A stretch of 63,947 bases of DNA, counting the filler, from Phoronis australis (lineage: Eukaryota; Animalia; Phoronida), in the NCBI GenBank assembly GCA_002633005.1. It is 8 parts of 8 records of this genome, joined end to end, with 100 filler letters (N's around TTAATTAATTAA, not from the genome) between each part and the next. Parts side by side here need not be neighbours in the genome. Positions count along the whole stretch, not along the records: positions 1 to 23,359 come from NMRA01000236.1; 7 more parts are not named here. One strand, written 5' to 3'. Below the pieces are notes generated by a model. It did not search any database, was not told the origin of the DNA, and was given only the letters and a program-made list of their open reading frames with translations. This document shows, one piece after another, positions 1 to 13,563 of this stretch; the stretch's first letter is position 1; every line of letters begins with the position of its first letter. The position numbers and the translations under genes were made by a program.

Positions 1-1700
1 AGTCCGCCGCATGAACGGAATTTACATATTGTGAAACTTTTAGCTGGTAAGTCGCAACAACACCCAATTTCTTAAATACTGGTTTGGAAAGCCGGTATCT
101 TGGATATCACTGAAAGTATTATGTTTTCAATCGTAAATATCCGTACCTGTTATTTTACTGAAATTGCAAATTCCATTGGCGCACTGCCACCATGCTCGGC
201 CGCTTTTGTGTAGTACAAAAAGCATTGCGTGACACTTTGTATGTCCAATAACACGACACTTCTGCTTGCATCCACCGTCCTCTTTTCACTTGTGATCTCG
301 AAGATCTTGATTAGTTTTAGTATGAACTTTGCTTATAGTTTGAGAGAACCTTTTCAAGCGCATATACAGGGATTTGTTCAGGAGGTCTGAAAATGGACCA
401 GCATGCAGTGCAGGTAATGCGTGGGATTCTTAGTCAATTACGGTGTTTGAAAACTGACCAAGCAATGGGTAATGGGCACCCTTGATAAGAATAAAACCTG
501 CTTCTCTGAAGTATGAGATGGTGATGGGTTTGTATTATTAACTCATACGTACATTAAAATTGACTTTTTTGATTTCTGTAATCCTATAACAAATTTTTAT
601 TTTTGCACCAGCAAAACTGAAAATCCACGAAGAAAAAATCTCTCATACAGCTTCCCATGATCTCCTTCGTCACCGATTTAGCAAAACGAATTATATTTGT
701 TCTATTTGGCATCTTGGTCGATAGATAATTGCACAATCGAGTAGCGCCTCCTAGAGTCTTTTAATCAAACTGACAGTCACAGATTGGCAGAAAAGTGTGT
801 AAGTGAGTTATGTAAAAAATTGACTGCACAAAAACTATGAAAGAGACAAGATTTTTTATTCTTGCGTTGGGCTGAACAAAGACAGCTGTAACAGATGGAA
901 GTTAACTCATGTTCCAAAAGAATCCGATATAGATTTGGGAGAGTGATAAAAATGCGTAAAAATGGCCTTAATAATAAGCAGTGAAAATGACATAAAAAAT
1001 CAATAAATCCATCCGAATTAATTTTTCTTGTATGTTATTCTTTCTCCTTTCTGCTATATAGTTATTTTTTCAATAGCGTGAAGCAATGATGTGCTGTTGT
1101 TGACAAAAAGTCATCTACTTCCAAGTACTATTATTTGCTATTTTTCAGAAAAAGTACAAAGTTGTCGTAAAAAGTGTTAAAAAAAACTCGGAAACTCTTA
1201 AAAATTCAGACTCAGGTTTCTTTTGACAAGGCCAGCTGATGTGCTAAGTTTCAAAAAAATTGGTGATTTTGCATATATAGCCCACCATCTGGTTTTTATA
1301 TGGAATTGCTCTTAAAAGTGCAGAACATGCACAACGTAGTCATAACTTCCGACTTCCATCTTTTGGCACCAGGTGGCGAGAGTATATAATGTTACTACGA
1401 CAACATTACACACTGATTAAAACAGTGTAATTACTGAAAGCACCTTCTCACATCAAATACCTTTCACTGTCACGACAACAATGTATTTTTCCAAGAATAC
1501 AATATTGGGGCCTGCTTCGTGAAAGTGACTGAAGACTGAAGACAGAAATTTGGACTTACGATTCTTGAACAAGTAGTCATGAGTGCATCACAGTCTAGAA
1601 ATAATTTATGTAAATTATCTCAGTAGTGCGGCAGCAATATGTTTATGCTCAGAGACTTTGCACTATTGCTTAAATGAGATTTAGTTATATTTTTGAAACA

Positions 1701-2064
1701 GTTGTGTGGAGCGTACGACCAAATACATGTAGTGATGTGGAGCATACGACCAAATACATGTAGTTGTGTGGAGCGTGCGACCAAATACATGTAGTTGTGT
1801 GGAGCGTACAACCAAATACATGTAGTTGTGTGGAACGTACGACCAAATACATGTACTTGTGTGGAGCATACGACCAAATGCATGTAATTGTGTGGAGCAT
1901 ACGGCCAAATACATGTAGTTGTGTGGAGCGTACAACCAAATACATGTAGTTGTGTGGAGCATACGACCAAATACATGTAATTGTGTGGAGCATACGACCA
2001 AATGCATGTAATTGTGTGGAGCATACGGCCAAATACATGTAGTTGTGTGGAGCGTACAACCAAA
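1701..2064. repeat. 31-bp tandem minisatellite, about 11.7 copies
   Basis: Unit GTTGTGTGGAGCRTACGACCAAATACATGTA repeated; explains the repetitive spurious ORFs at 1620-2218. Confidence 0.95.
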
Positions 2065-2181
2065 TTTCTGATTTAAGCTTCAAGTCACTTTTCATGACAC
2101 AGGACCCGGATGAAGTGATAGAAACAATATAGAAGAGCGTGAGGTGTGTTGTTGCAACTGTCGCGATATCAAGAATACAAA

Positions 2182-2424
2182 TTACGCTTGTGCGAATTTT
2201 CCAGCGTCGATGATGCATCCATTTGCGACGTAGATTGTATATGGCAGTCCAGTGCCGTTGAAATTGCTTGCACAGGCGGACGAGTAGTTACCGACATCAG
2301 TGAAATAAACCCAATCTCCCTCAGCCAGTTCCGGAAGTATCATAAATCCTTCGACGATACGATCGAAGGAGTCGCAAGACGGCCCCCACATAACACTTGG
2401 GTGGCAGGTTTCTTTGATAGGGCA
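2182..2424 (-). CDS. ODC/AZIN-like gene, terminal coding exon
   Basis: CPIKETCHPSVMWGPSCDSFDRIVEGFMILPELAEGDWVYFTDVGNYSSACASNFNGTGLPYTIYV...*, matching ODC WGPTCDGLD...GDW...MGAYT...STFNGF; acceptor tttctag, phase 0. Confidence 0.93.
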   Translation of the reverse strand, partial: CPIKETCHPSVMWGPSCDSFDRIVEGFMILPELAEGDWVYFTDVGNYSSACASNFNGTGLPYTIYVANGCIIDAGKFAQA

Positions 2425-3204
2425 CTAGAAATAAAACCAGGTTTAAAATTACAACTTGCAATGGGTCATCAAATGACCGTTGTTGAATGAAAAACTTCCC
2501 CTTAAAACATTACTTTAAAACATCAATATGTACAGCACGTAATTTAACTGACGGGGGAGTCTCTTCCGTCTAATTTTGTGGGCGGAGGAGACTACCGCAT
2601 GCACTACGTCCAAGATAACAAATGTTGAACATTTGACCATTTATTCAATACGTTATGAGGGTGAAATTAACAATAATTTAATTGATACTCTTTAATATTA
2701 TTAACAACAAAAATGTACTCTGATTCAGCTCATCCTTATTATGACACTTAACGTTTGGAATTTGGTTTGCAGTTACCTCTTCATAAACGTTGAACTGAAA
2801 GTGCAAAGTCTAAATATTCAATCAATCAGCTATCACTGATCTTTTTAGAACCATTCTTGATGCTGAGCAGAAAATTATTTCTAACATCTGAGTACAAAAA
2901 TCATGATTGTCGACAAACTGCAAGTGCCCGTTTTTTAACATAAATCACCGTTTCATGTGCTCTAAAGATTTTTCGCCACACTAGTGTTCATCGTGTACTA
3001 GTTACATACATGAGAAAATGCTAATGGGACTTAAAAGTGATAAAAAATAATTGCAGATGGTCTTGTACACGTTTTAACAGACGTTCTCAGGCCGCGCATG
3101 TGCATAGGTCCACTGCACCGATGATCCGGAGCAATTTTTTTACTTTATTAATATACAGTTAAAACCTAACTGAGGAGCTAGAAACCTGACTCAAGGGTCC
3201 AACA

Positions 3205-3260
3205 GTGTAGCCCAGTGGGACTCGAACCCACGACATCTAGTAACGGAAGCGGCCACACTG
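3205..3260 (-). mobile_element. tRNA-derived SINE head fragment
   Basis: Minus strand reads GTGGGTTCGAGTCCCACTGG (B-box/T-arm); no complete cloverleaf. Confidence 0.5.
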
Positions 3261-3399
3261 TATCCTCTTATAAAGGGATAAGTCATACAATTTAAAAAAG
3301 TATGAATGCTTATTTTCTCGTGTCGAGTGTCACAATAGACACGTAGCTTTGTAAACATTTACAAGCTCCCTACAACTCCTCAGTGGCAGACACTGGAGT

Positions 3400-3560
3400 T
3401 CACGGTGTTATTGTGGAACTTGACACTGACGACAAACAACTTATTGTTGCCGGCGATCTCAACCCATAAAAAAACATGATCACAACGGCTAGTTCTAATG
3501 TCGTCGACATAACGCGTAGGCTTGCCTCCACCTACAACCACTGTGAACCATGAAAGTCTC
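3400..3560 (-). mobile_element. Degenerate LINE APE-endonuclease fragment
   Basis: GGGKPTRYVDDIRTSRCDHVFLWVEIAGNNKLFVVSV resembles the GGGVxIYV...LWVEI...KL motif of CR1/L2-type endonucleases. Confidence 0.4.
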
Positions 3561-3569
3561 ATATTCTAT

Positions 3570-4065
3570 CAAAATTCAACGAAATTTCAGCATTTTTAAT
3601 TGGTCACATTAAATTTGATTGTCTTTTCTGTTCATAGAATTTTAGCAACAAACAGCATTTTGATGCGAATTGGTATTTCTCAAACTGACCTGTTATATTT
3701 GGTAAAATTGGAAAAGCGAATGAATTGTTGAATCTTATCATTCTTTTGGCCAAAAAGCATATATATTGTAAAAAGCTGAATGTAGAACCTCCATCTATAA
3801 CACTTTTAAAAAAAGAATTAGAAATTTATTACACATTCGAAAAATATAATTATTGTAAAAATAGAGTAGGAGACATATTTCTCCAAAGATGGTCTGGTTT
3901 TTCCTCTTTAAAAAGAAACTACAAATGAGAAAAGTACATTTGGTATTTTTGGTTTATGAAATTGTGTTCACGGTGAAATGTATGGGTGTGTGGGTGTGAT
4001 GTGTCATTGGGGATTTCTGTCTTTGTACCGTATTGTTATTATTGCAATAAATGTTAAAAAGTTAG
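3570..4065 (+). mobile_element. 3' end of L1/Tx1-like LINE ORF2
   Basis: LNLIILLAKKHIYCKK..PSI..EKY..FLQRW is the typical C-terminal tail after the zf-RVT motif; followed by AATAAA at about 4046. Confidence 0.65.
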
Positions 4066-4102
4066 AAAATATCTTTTCTGTGACTATCAACGTACAAACC
4101 TG

Positions 4103-4333
4103 GGGCCCGTTAGCTAAGACAAATTTTAAATTTTAGTAAATTTTAAGATAAAACTTAAATTTGTCTCGAGACCGTTTCAAGAAAGATATCTTAAGTTTGA
4201 ATTAAGTTTTCGATAAAAGTTTGTCTTAATTTTAAATGTGTTGCCGGATGTGGAAGTTTCAAAGCATGGAAGTTAAGACAAAACTCAGACTTAAGTCAAA
4301 AATGAACTAAAGTCAGTTTCTTGGAACGGGCTC
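4103..4333. mobile_element. MITE family A (PIF/Harbinger-like), copy 1
   Basis: GGGCCCGTT...AAGTCAGTTTCTTGGAACGGGCTC termini, flanked by CTG/CAG; homologous to 5471-5718 and 38330-38577. Confidence 0.8.
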
Positions 4334-4759
4334 CAGAGCCCTAGCTATACAACACTGTCTGATAAACGTTTACGTGAGCGTGACGTAAAGCGATGAAACA
4401 TCCTAGAAGTCATGCAACAGGACATAAGCCTTAATCGCATTGTTAAGTTACATAAATAGTGCATGAGCTGTCTTACAACATCTCTTGTGTCGTTTTTTTA
4501 TTGTCCATCTTACCAGAGATTATCATTTTTATGTTACTTATCTGTATTCATTATGTTTACTTGTAGTTATATTAGTCATAATAAATGACCTTATATCGCC
4601 CACCTCGGTCTCCTTTTCACCTCTGGTCAAGAGCGTGCGACGCACGAATCATTTATCTATTATTCGAGACATATGTCGATCATAAAACAAACTTCTTCTG
4701 AATTTCTAGCTCACCAAATGCTGGGCAGACCAACAAGACCTCTGCAAATAACTCGGTTA

Positions 4760-6110
4760 TGATAACACTGTAGAGATCACACGAGAAAAGGAAATGTATT
4801 TCATTCTCAACACATCAGGCAGTACAAAAATCACACAAACGGTCCTCAACCGGAGAAAAATACCGAAACGGCCAGTTTCCACTTTCAGCGGCAATACTCC
4901 ACATCTAAATTGAGAAAAGAGTATTTTTTTCCAGAAATGCTCATTTTTAATAAACTTCGGTTTGATAATTAGTTTTAAATAATTTATAACTTCTTAGCTT
5001 GGGTTTGCTCAAAGTTTCCGCCCTCCATTCAGACTCGGAAACATTCATCAGTTTCATTTTGGCATTTTCCAGATTACAAGCTGACCTTTAAGAAAATGCT
5101 TCAATCTGGTCAACCTGAGTAAAAATTTGAAGAACAGTTTTTGACCAATTGTCATTTCTGTGCGTGAGTTCCCAGTAAAATACTTGCTTTGTGAGACGAT
5201 TATCAGGCATGCATATAAATCTATTCCAGAGCTGTAATGTACACAATTTCCTGCGAACTATACTAGGTATCCATCCCATATCTCCAGTCATCGCGGCGAT
5301 TGGAGCAAATTTGTGAACCCCAAGAAAGTATCGAATGACCCGATTTTGGATTGAATCACACTGAGGAAAAAGCCCTGCCCCCCAAACACCAGCGCAATGA
5401 CACACGCATCATATAATGTGGTGTTTGTTTTGAACCCAACATCACGCATGCGTTTGAATTTAGAGACCAGGGGCCCGTTCCAACAAAACTGACTTAGCTA
5501 AGACAAATCTTAAATTTTAGTAATTTTTAAAATAAAAGTTAAATTTGTCTCAAAACCAATTAAAGAAAGAGATCTTAAGTTAGACTTAAATGTTTGACAT
5601 AAGTTTTGCCTTAATTTTGACTAACTTACCAAATGTGGAAGTTTCAAAGTTTGGAAGTTAAGACAAATCTCAAACTTAAGTCAAAAATGAACTTAAGTCA
5701 GTTTCTTGGAACAGGCCCCATAGCACCAACTCCACGGCCACCAGATGCTGCTATTTAAGGGTCTCATTGGAAAAAGTCAGAAAGCTCATTTCCTCGTGAA
5801 GTCAAACGCCCTAGCACAGCATTACTTTGAGACTGGATGCTAAAACAGGATCCGAATACGTACGTAAAAATTCATCTGTGCAAAAGGAACACATCCGCTC
5901 AGTGTATCTACCAAACGGATGAAATGATTTAGTAAAGCGACAAACCATCTAGTAGAAATTCTTCTATATTGCAACATCCATCAAAGTGGCATTGATGAGC
6001 GTTGCTACATTTCGCAACGCTCATTGATCATAAATTTTATACCCCATCTTAGCCATTATTTTATTTCTCAAGTGCATCAATTACAGAGCCTCTTGTTATA
6101 CTTTGGCTAA
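4760..6110 (-). mobile_element. Degenerate LINE reverse-transcriptase C-terminal fragment, interrupted by a MITE
   Basis: CAGVWG...IQNRVIRYFLGVHKFAPIAAMTGDMGWIP...LWNR...NRLTKQVFYW; reading continues across the MITE (AASGGRGVGAM|VSKFKRMRDVGFK). Confidence 0.75.
5471..5718. mobile_element. MITE family A, copy 2
   Basis: TIR GGGCCCGTTCCAACAAAACTGACTTA / TAAGTCAGTTTCTTGGAACAGGCCC; flanks CAG/CAT. Confidence 0.85.
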
Positions 6111-6188
6111 CCTTTCGCACACAATTTCATTTAGACATTAACTATAGGAATCAGCGCGTACATCCTTTAAGGTGTTGGACTACGTTAC

Positions 6189-6316
6189 CTTGAGAAACAT
6201 GGGGCGGTGATACTCGTCGTAAATTGCGTGAGAAAGAAGTGACGTGAACAATCCAACACTGAGTACGTAAGCGGTCACATCGAGCTTTTCGTTGGTTGTA
6301 TCGATGCTGGCAATGT
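6189..6316 (-). CDS. ODC/AZIN-like gene, internal exon (not shown in this frame by the ORF track)
   Basis: Manual translation (D)IASIDTTNEKLDVTAYVLSVGLFTSLLSHAIYDEYHRPMFLK aligns with ODC [28 protein letters not shown]; acceptor ttttatag, donor gtaacg; phase 1 to 0 fits both neighbouring exons. Confidence 0.8.
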
Positions 6317-8383
6317 CTATAAAAATGATGAGAAATCATGTGATAAAGTATTCAAGGTAATCGATATATTTGAAAAGGCAAAATTAAATGACAGTTGTTA
6401 CTCTAGGATGTTGATTTCGATCTGACAGGAATCAGTCCAGTAGCAATTAATGGTACCTAGAAATCTTTGTTAGCATAAGCAGTTTCATGTCTACGTAGAC
6501 CCCTGGGGCGTTTTAAATGCGCTGAACATGTGTTAAATATACAAATGAAAAGCTCCGTTACGCATAATTCTGTTTGCTTATAATTTCCTTACCAAGCACT
6601 GCATGTAGATTATTTTGATGTTTCAATACATTTTGATATAGTCAGTGAATTTAATGGATCTTCTAACGAGGAAAATACTTAAAATATGCATTAAATATTA
6701 AAATTAAGGCAGCCATTTTTGAAAATTATACCTGTGCTTATAGCTAAGGTATAAGGCACCACATGTAAGTTGTATTGATATTTGTACCCATGTTTCTGTG
6801 GTCAATTAATTCCATGAAATCAGATTACATGCTGTATCATATTAAATTTGCATAATTTATGCAAGCAAAGTTCGTCATTATTTACAATTATGTTTCTGCT
6901 CATAACTTTCATAACATGTACATTATTTGGAATGTGCAGGTAGTTATATCATAAATTTGTATTATTAATCTGAATTGTGATCACCAAGAGCACTACCCAT
7001 CATTCTGGTTACATGTACGTGTACACCGAGATATTCATATGCATATCATTACCTTCAGTCCTGATTTGCCTTACAGTTACAGCATCAGGTTTAGCAAACA
7101 TACTTGGAAAATTTCCACTTCAGCCGCCAACTGATACACAAACTGACATATTGAAGGCATCGTTTTATTTTTCATCATTTTATCAGACATTTGTTCTGGA
7201 AAAGTTGCCTTCCAAATTTACGATCTATAAATGTTTTTGTACGTTCTCAATCACACTTCTTAGTGTGTCGTCGTCACTAATGTGACTACGATGCTGAATC
7301 TCGGTCCAAATTCCCATAAAACATGAAGTCCATGCCTGGTTAGACCTCCAATTTTAAGTTGCATTTCTCCCAGTTTAGCTGACTAAAATGGAATTCGAAT
7401 TAGGCCTGTGACTTGGTAACGGAAATGGATTACTATCACGGCAAGGAGTATCATGAGATTGATTTTATCACAGGAAAAAGCCTATTAGATTTCTCTTCTT
7501 TAGCCAGGCAATTAAGTCGAAATATAAATTTTAATCTCACAAACATATATTTGTTTCTAATTTTTGAAACTTGCAATAAAACCACGAAAAATAAAAGGTT
7601 AAAACAAATAGAATTCGAACCCAGGCATAGATTCTTGTGCTACTATGCGTCGAAAGGTGGGAAATCAGAGAATGCCCCTATTACGCATATTTCCACTTGT
7701 CTACAATACAGGCAGCTGTAACTATTTGCTTAAAACTTGGACGTACTGGTCATTCATTTATTTCACATTTGATAACACGCCCCCTTCCATTCAGATTTAA
7801 TCTTTTTCATAACGTCATAGTAGAAACAATGGAGTTTACGTCAAATGATTAACGGATTTTTAAACTTGGCTTACAGTAGTTTCAATCATCATAACTCCCT
7901 CTTCCGAGTATGGCCGAGTGCTTCACATTCCATTAATGCTTAAGAGGACATACTTGTGGCATATCAGTGACGAATTTTCAAAACTCAACCAAGAAAATTG
8001 TGCGACTCCATATTTATGCCACATAGTTGCCAACACTCAAAAATGAAAAAAGTAAGATCAGGATTGAAAAGGCGGAAAATCGGCATATGAAACGGAACTT
8101 CCAAAAACGTCCAAACAGCAGTTTTTTAGTCAAATGGGAAAATAGGGCTATGTCACATGTAAATCACAATTACATTGGGTAATAGTTCAATTTCGTCGTG
8201 CGTTAAAAAGCGCACTAACATTTGAACAGTGGCAGGAATGCGGGCAAACCTTTAAAAGGCGGGAAAGTCCCACGAAAAACAGGACATTTGGCAAGTACAG
8301 TGTCATCACCCCATTCGTTACTGCTCTGAGCCATTGGACTTTAAAAGTGAATAAAAAAGTAGCACACTGTATTGTAAGATAAC

Positions 8384-9280
8384 TGTCAGAATAAATATTG
8401 ATTGAGTAATTAGTAAGAATAGATCCATTTTAAGTTGCCCCAAATTTGTGCATATGTACTTTTAAATCATGGGGTCAAACTTGTTAAAATGTAGTTTAAC
8501 GTCAAAATCTATTTTTAGATGGTGTTTACAACTTTGGGTTCTGGGGTCAAAGTACTCTAGAGATTCTAGAAAATTCTGAGAACAAATTGTAACAGCCAAT
8601 AATATAATTGGATATGATCATGTGGTTTTTATTAGCAAATCACTAAATAAGTAGAATGTTATATTATGGGCTGAAATCAACAAGATAATTAGATGCGCTA
8701 TAGTAATTGAAGCATAATGACTTGCTACAGTGTACACAGGAAATTGTACGACAGAGCCATCTCGTGGAAGATTCTAGAAAGGATTTTGGCAAGGGCAAGG
8801 GTTAAGGAACAGGAAGCTAACTAAGAGCTTGTCACTTGCTTCGTGGGTAGTAAGATACTACCTAAGTGTTGCGTCATCAGCCAGAGACTGACCAGCAAGA
8901 ATTGCTGGTAAAAGAAATTGCCTGCAAGTGTTGCATCACCAGAGACGGTAAACTGCAAGTACACTGTCGCTATACAGTGTGCGTAGTTCGAAGATTCACC
9001 AACAGGACAGTCATCCAACAACTGGAGAGTCCTAGCTTGGATAGCATATACATGTAAGACATTTGATTATTTTGGTTGATTGATTAAAGTAACCTTTAAA
9101 GAGGGCGCTGGCGTAGTTACTCTTTGTAGTTGATTACTTAATTAACAATAGGTTTCATTTGTCTAATTAAGGGTTATCATATAATAAATTAATTACTGGA
9201 TTTGATTATTCACTCTCCATCTACGCACAATCTCAAAGCATAGCTACCTTTTAAACAAACCCACAGTCAATTATCTGACA
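8384..9280 (+). mobile_element. Solo LTR (Gypsy-type)
   Basis: TGTCAGA...TCTGACA termini with a perfect 5-bp TSD ATAAC (8379-8383, 9281-9285); begins TGTCAGAATA like the LTRs at 27054 and 30544; orientation inferred. Confidence 0.8.
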
Positions 9281-10759
9281 ATAACCGTTTACAACCCATG
9301 GAAACGCTCATTACCTACATTAGAATAAAATTGTCTTGTAAACAGCAGAAATAAAAAACACGAACATTAATGAACTGTAAAACAGGTAAAAATTGGTGGC
9401 ATCAAACTGCACATGGAATATTGCAGCATTAAGTGGAAACGTGTTTTTAAGTTTTATATTATTATGAAATGTAGTTCGTGGACCAAGACATCCAGGACTT
9501 CGAAAATGTACCCTATTATTACTTGAACCTGTTCTGGTGGACTGTATTTACATAATTCCTAGATCCTCTGAGACATCTCGTCTCTTTCGATGGTATGATG
9601 TTGGCTACAACTGGTGGTGGAAACTCCTGTCTCGTGGGATCCATACAGACAAGATCCGACCTGACTGGAGTTCCCGCCACTAGTAGTAGCCAAAATCATC
9701 ATTAACAACGTAAGCCAACACAAGCGTGTATCAGTTGCCAGCCTACTAGAGCGACGTCTTTCGTCCCATCTAAGAATGTAGGTAAGTATGTAGCACCCCG
9801 GCCAACCCACGATCGAGAACGACCGGAAGGCGATCGAGAACGGAATTTGGCGCGAGAAGCGAAGCCAGGCAAGGTGAGTAAATTTGATGAATTTTCCTTG
9901 TTTTTACCTCCAATGTGAAAACAGAGACATGAGTTCAAGGCGTGACACATTGAGGAAGGGCAGGTAGAGGTTTAGGTTAGTGTCTCCTCCAATTATAGGA
10001 GAAAAGTTACGTTGACCGAGGCATTGCTTAAACCGAAGGTTATTTGTATGTCATTTTGGCAAGTTGCCGTTATTTTTGGCACTAAATCAATAAACTGACC
10101 ATGGAGTTATGAAGAAATGACGTGTGAAAATATAACGCATCACTCGTTTTTTGTAGTTTTGCCAGGATTTCTGTTTTTCGACGCTTTTCTGCTGAAAGGT
10201 GCGATCGAGAACGCAACGATAAGCGATCGGGGACGCAAATTTGTGTTTGTTCATGCGAACTTTATCTTTCAATCTTTTATCACACGTACCTCAAAATTGG
10301 CCTTACAAAAATATATAAATTTATTGCTTTAGGGAAATCAACATAACAAATCCATTGAACATTTCCAACGAATTACTTTTGGAATGTAATAGACTAAATC
10401 ATCACTGAATCATAGACATTATACTTGGACTGATTGCTAGCATAATAGTCTCTCACACGAAATCAACTACAATATGAAAGTAATTTCTACAATAATCAAA
10501 GACATTTTTTTAAAATACTAATTGGTCAGAGCAATTGTATGTAAGCAACCTATTGCACAATGACACTTAGTATGGCCATTTAAATCTACATAAACACTTC
10601 AAAAATGTACTGGCTCTGTGAAAGTCCCTTTTGAAATAACACAATAATAGAAAGAAACTTGAGGAAAAAAGGTTCAAAACAAAACGTCAAAATATTATCA
10701 CATCAGACAACTAGAAACCATAAACTCTGTAAATCTGAATAAATTATAGTGACTTAACA

Positions 10760-11160
10760 ACCTTCACCACTGGACTTAATGATTTCATTTATGACGTTTC
10801 TGCTTGCTATGCCCGTAGAAGGAGGCATACTGTTTGCATGATATGCCACATTCACCACAAAAAGGAGTGTCTTCGTGCTGTGACGCGGTGTCGCATCAGG
10901 CTGCACTCTTTCTGTGAAACATTGATCACAGACAGGACACTGAATCGACTTGGTTCCTGAGCACGATGCTTCATGCTGTGTTTTACTATATTGGTAAAAA
11001 AACTCTTGACCCATGCAATGCGTCAGTCACAGGGCTGGTAAAGGTCTTGCTTTGTTGTAGTGTCACTGTATTTTATTGCCATGTGGTCATACTAAGTCGA
11101 TTTTTTAGATCCTGAACAAGGCTCCAAAACACACACACATGTGACATGCAGCAGTTGTAC
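10760..11160 (-). pseudogene. Degenerate C2H2 zinc-finger-like fragment (probably TE-associated)
   Basis: HEASCSGTKSIQCPVCDQCF..., with further CxxC motifs in shifted frames; frame-disrupted. Confidence 0.3.
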
Positions 11161-12315
11161 TACTCTTTCTTGAAGGCTTGGACGTTAACAGCCTGAAGAA
11201 CTCGTCGTGTGGCTACAGTTCAACTGAAAAAAATCAAACGCATTCACTTATCTTTGTTAGGCTAAATCTCACTTAGAAATAATGAAGAAAAACGATGAAA
11301 TGTAATTAATAATCGACCCATCAACTAATTTAGGCTCCGTATTTTTCTAAAATTATTGACATAATAGCGTAACTGGAACGACTATTCAGGCCAATGCAGA
11401 GAAAAAAATTGAGTTCACGGTCACTTTTTTACGTTCACGATCGCCATAGAGCATTAACGACGTCGTTCCCGATCGCTGTTTCACACAAGGACCTGCTTGT
11501 ATTGGTAAATTTCTCAAATTATTTCACGAATCATAACTAACAAAGGTGTCACCAGAGACGATTAAACTATAAACGTCACACGTCTCTTCTTAAGGACCCT
11601 GGAATTGCTAATAACAAGTAGAAATTGTCGATTTTACGAGACGCAAGGTTATTTTACCGAAAGCCATTGCTTTCTGAGCTCTTTATTTTAAAAAATAAGC
11701 AAAAGCCAAGTGTTATTTCAGATCCACAACAAATGTTACACTCTGACGCTTTTCTATGTGTAGCATCCGTATCACTGTGGCCTCTATTTAAACAGAAAAA
11801 GACAATAAACTCACCGGGTACATCACTATCGTCTGCCATTTTTGGTGCAAGGTCTCGTTTTCGATCGCGGGTTGGCCGGGGTGATGTAGTGCCGCCTACG
11901 CTTTGGTGTGCCTGAAGACATAACGTCTGATTGCGGTGCTCAGTTCACTTCGGTGGTTTGGAGTGAATGCAACAAGCTTTTGGGTGTTACTACTCGCACC
12001 ACAACTGCATACCACCCACATGCGAATGGCATGATAGTACGCTTTCACCGCGCCCAAAAGGCGTCTCTCAAGGCGCGTACTACCAGCCCGCACTCTGGTT
12101 TGCAGAACTGCAAGTGGTCTTGTTGGGGATACGTTCGTCACCTCTCCACTTACCTGGCTCGACGCTCGTACGATGGAGCCGGACTCAATTTTCCTAAAGC
12201 ATTTACAACACACCATGCGTACTGTGCAGCCCACGCTTCCTAGTTTCCATGGCGGTCCACCCAATTATATACCCTCCAACTAGGCGTCTACAAGGTATTT
12301 TTATGTGCGCCACGG

Positions 12316-13319
12316 CATAGGCGGATTTAGGGGGGGGGGGGCACGGGGCCGGGCCCCCCCCCNGTGGGGGGGGGGGGGGGCACGGGGCCGGGCCCCCCCC
12401 CCTTGGCTGCCGCAAAAAATAAAACAGCAAGAGCGTAGGGAAATGTTGAGTTTATTAATTAACCCCGGTAATTAAAATTATACGGCTGAAACAAGATTTA
12501 AATGTGTTGGGGGGAGGGGCTCAGATCCAATTTCAAGTGTCAATTTCGGAACACGGCGCAATCGTAACGGAACTACGGCTAAGTATAGGCTCTCCCGCGA
12601 TATCTCAGGCGACCGGCAGTGGCGCTGGGCACTACGAATCCGTTTCCCTCGTCTGCTCCACTGTGCAATGAAGAAAATTACTTCATTTTTTAAAGAAAAT
12701 TGAATCTTTGTGATGATGAAAAAACAGAAGCTGCTGGTAAGATGTCAATTTTAATCGAAGCCTTAGTGAATCACTCAGAAACTCATAATGCTCTCTTTGT
12801 CAAACCTTAACTTAAGCCGATTTCCAAAGCAATCGCGTCGTTATTGCCAACACAAAAAACGGATTTGGTCTTTTGGGCAATTGAAGACTATTTTAAATAC
12901 AACAAATCTGTAACGAACTGATTGCTCAAAATATAAAACATGTAATGAGCATTAAAAAAAAAAAAAGATTTCGCGCGCAAACTCTGTGGACCATAAACAA
13001 ATAGGTCTCTTAGTATCACACTAGCAGTTAAATCGTGGTGGTGCAGTGGTAAAGCACGCGCGCTTTAGCCGCCTGGTCGTGAGTTTGAGTCTGTGGCACT
13101 TGCAGTTTTTCCTGTTTGACACTTTCTCCGATTTTATTTTTTTGCCTTTTTTTCTTAGATAATACTTCGGGAATCAAGGAAAATGCTTGATTTTTAGAGG
13201 AAAAACAGAAACGTTTCCCCCCACTCGGTGTTATGTGGATCTACAAACGTGCTTTGAGCAAATGTTTACTGAGACAAAATGTTGGGCTCCCCCCTTGTGA
13301 TATCCTAGATCCGCCACTG
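12316..13319. mobile_element. Non-autonomous DNA element inserted in the Gypsy integrase
   Basis: Imperfect TIRs CATAGGCGGATTTAG / CTAGATCCGCCACTG; CACG(G/A) duplicated on both flanks; host YVRHDAH codons rejoin across it; contains a tRNA-like segment at about 13035-13095. Confidence 0.7.
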
Positions 13320-13563
13320 CACGATGCTCACCGTCATCCGCTCCAGCGCCCCTACGATGGGCCATATCGCATAATCAATACAAATGACAAGTTATACACG
13401 CTTGACATTAAGGCTCGCGAGCAGACGGTTTCTGTTCATCGTCTCAAAGCCGCTTATATCACCCAGTTCACGTCCTCGGATGACACCTCCACACGTCTCG
13501 ATGCCACTACGCCATTATTGCTCCCCTCGCCTGCGGCTCCCCTTGACTCCACCGACCGACCTA

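Noticed and set aside
1620-2218. Repetitive ORFs on both strands; CRISPR-like periodicity
   Set aside because: Product of a 31-bp tandem repeat with no unique spacers, in a eukaryotic context.
12330-12402. Duplicated G/C hairpin or G-quadruplex-like motif
   Set aside because: The duplication straddles a single N in homopolymer runs of a MITE end; probably an assembly artefact.
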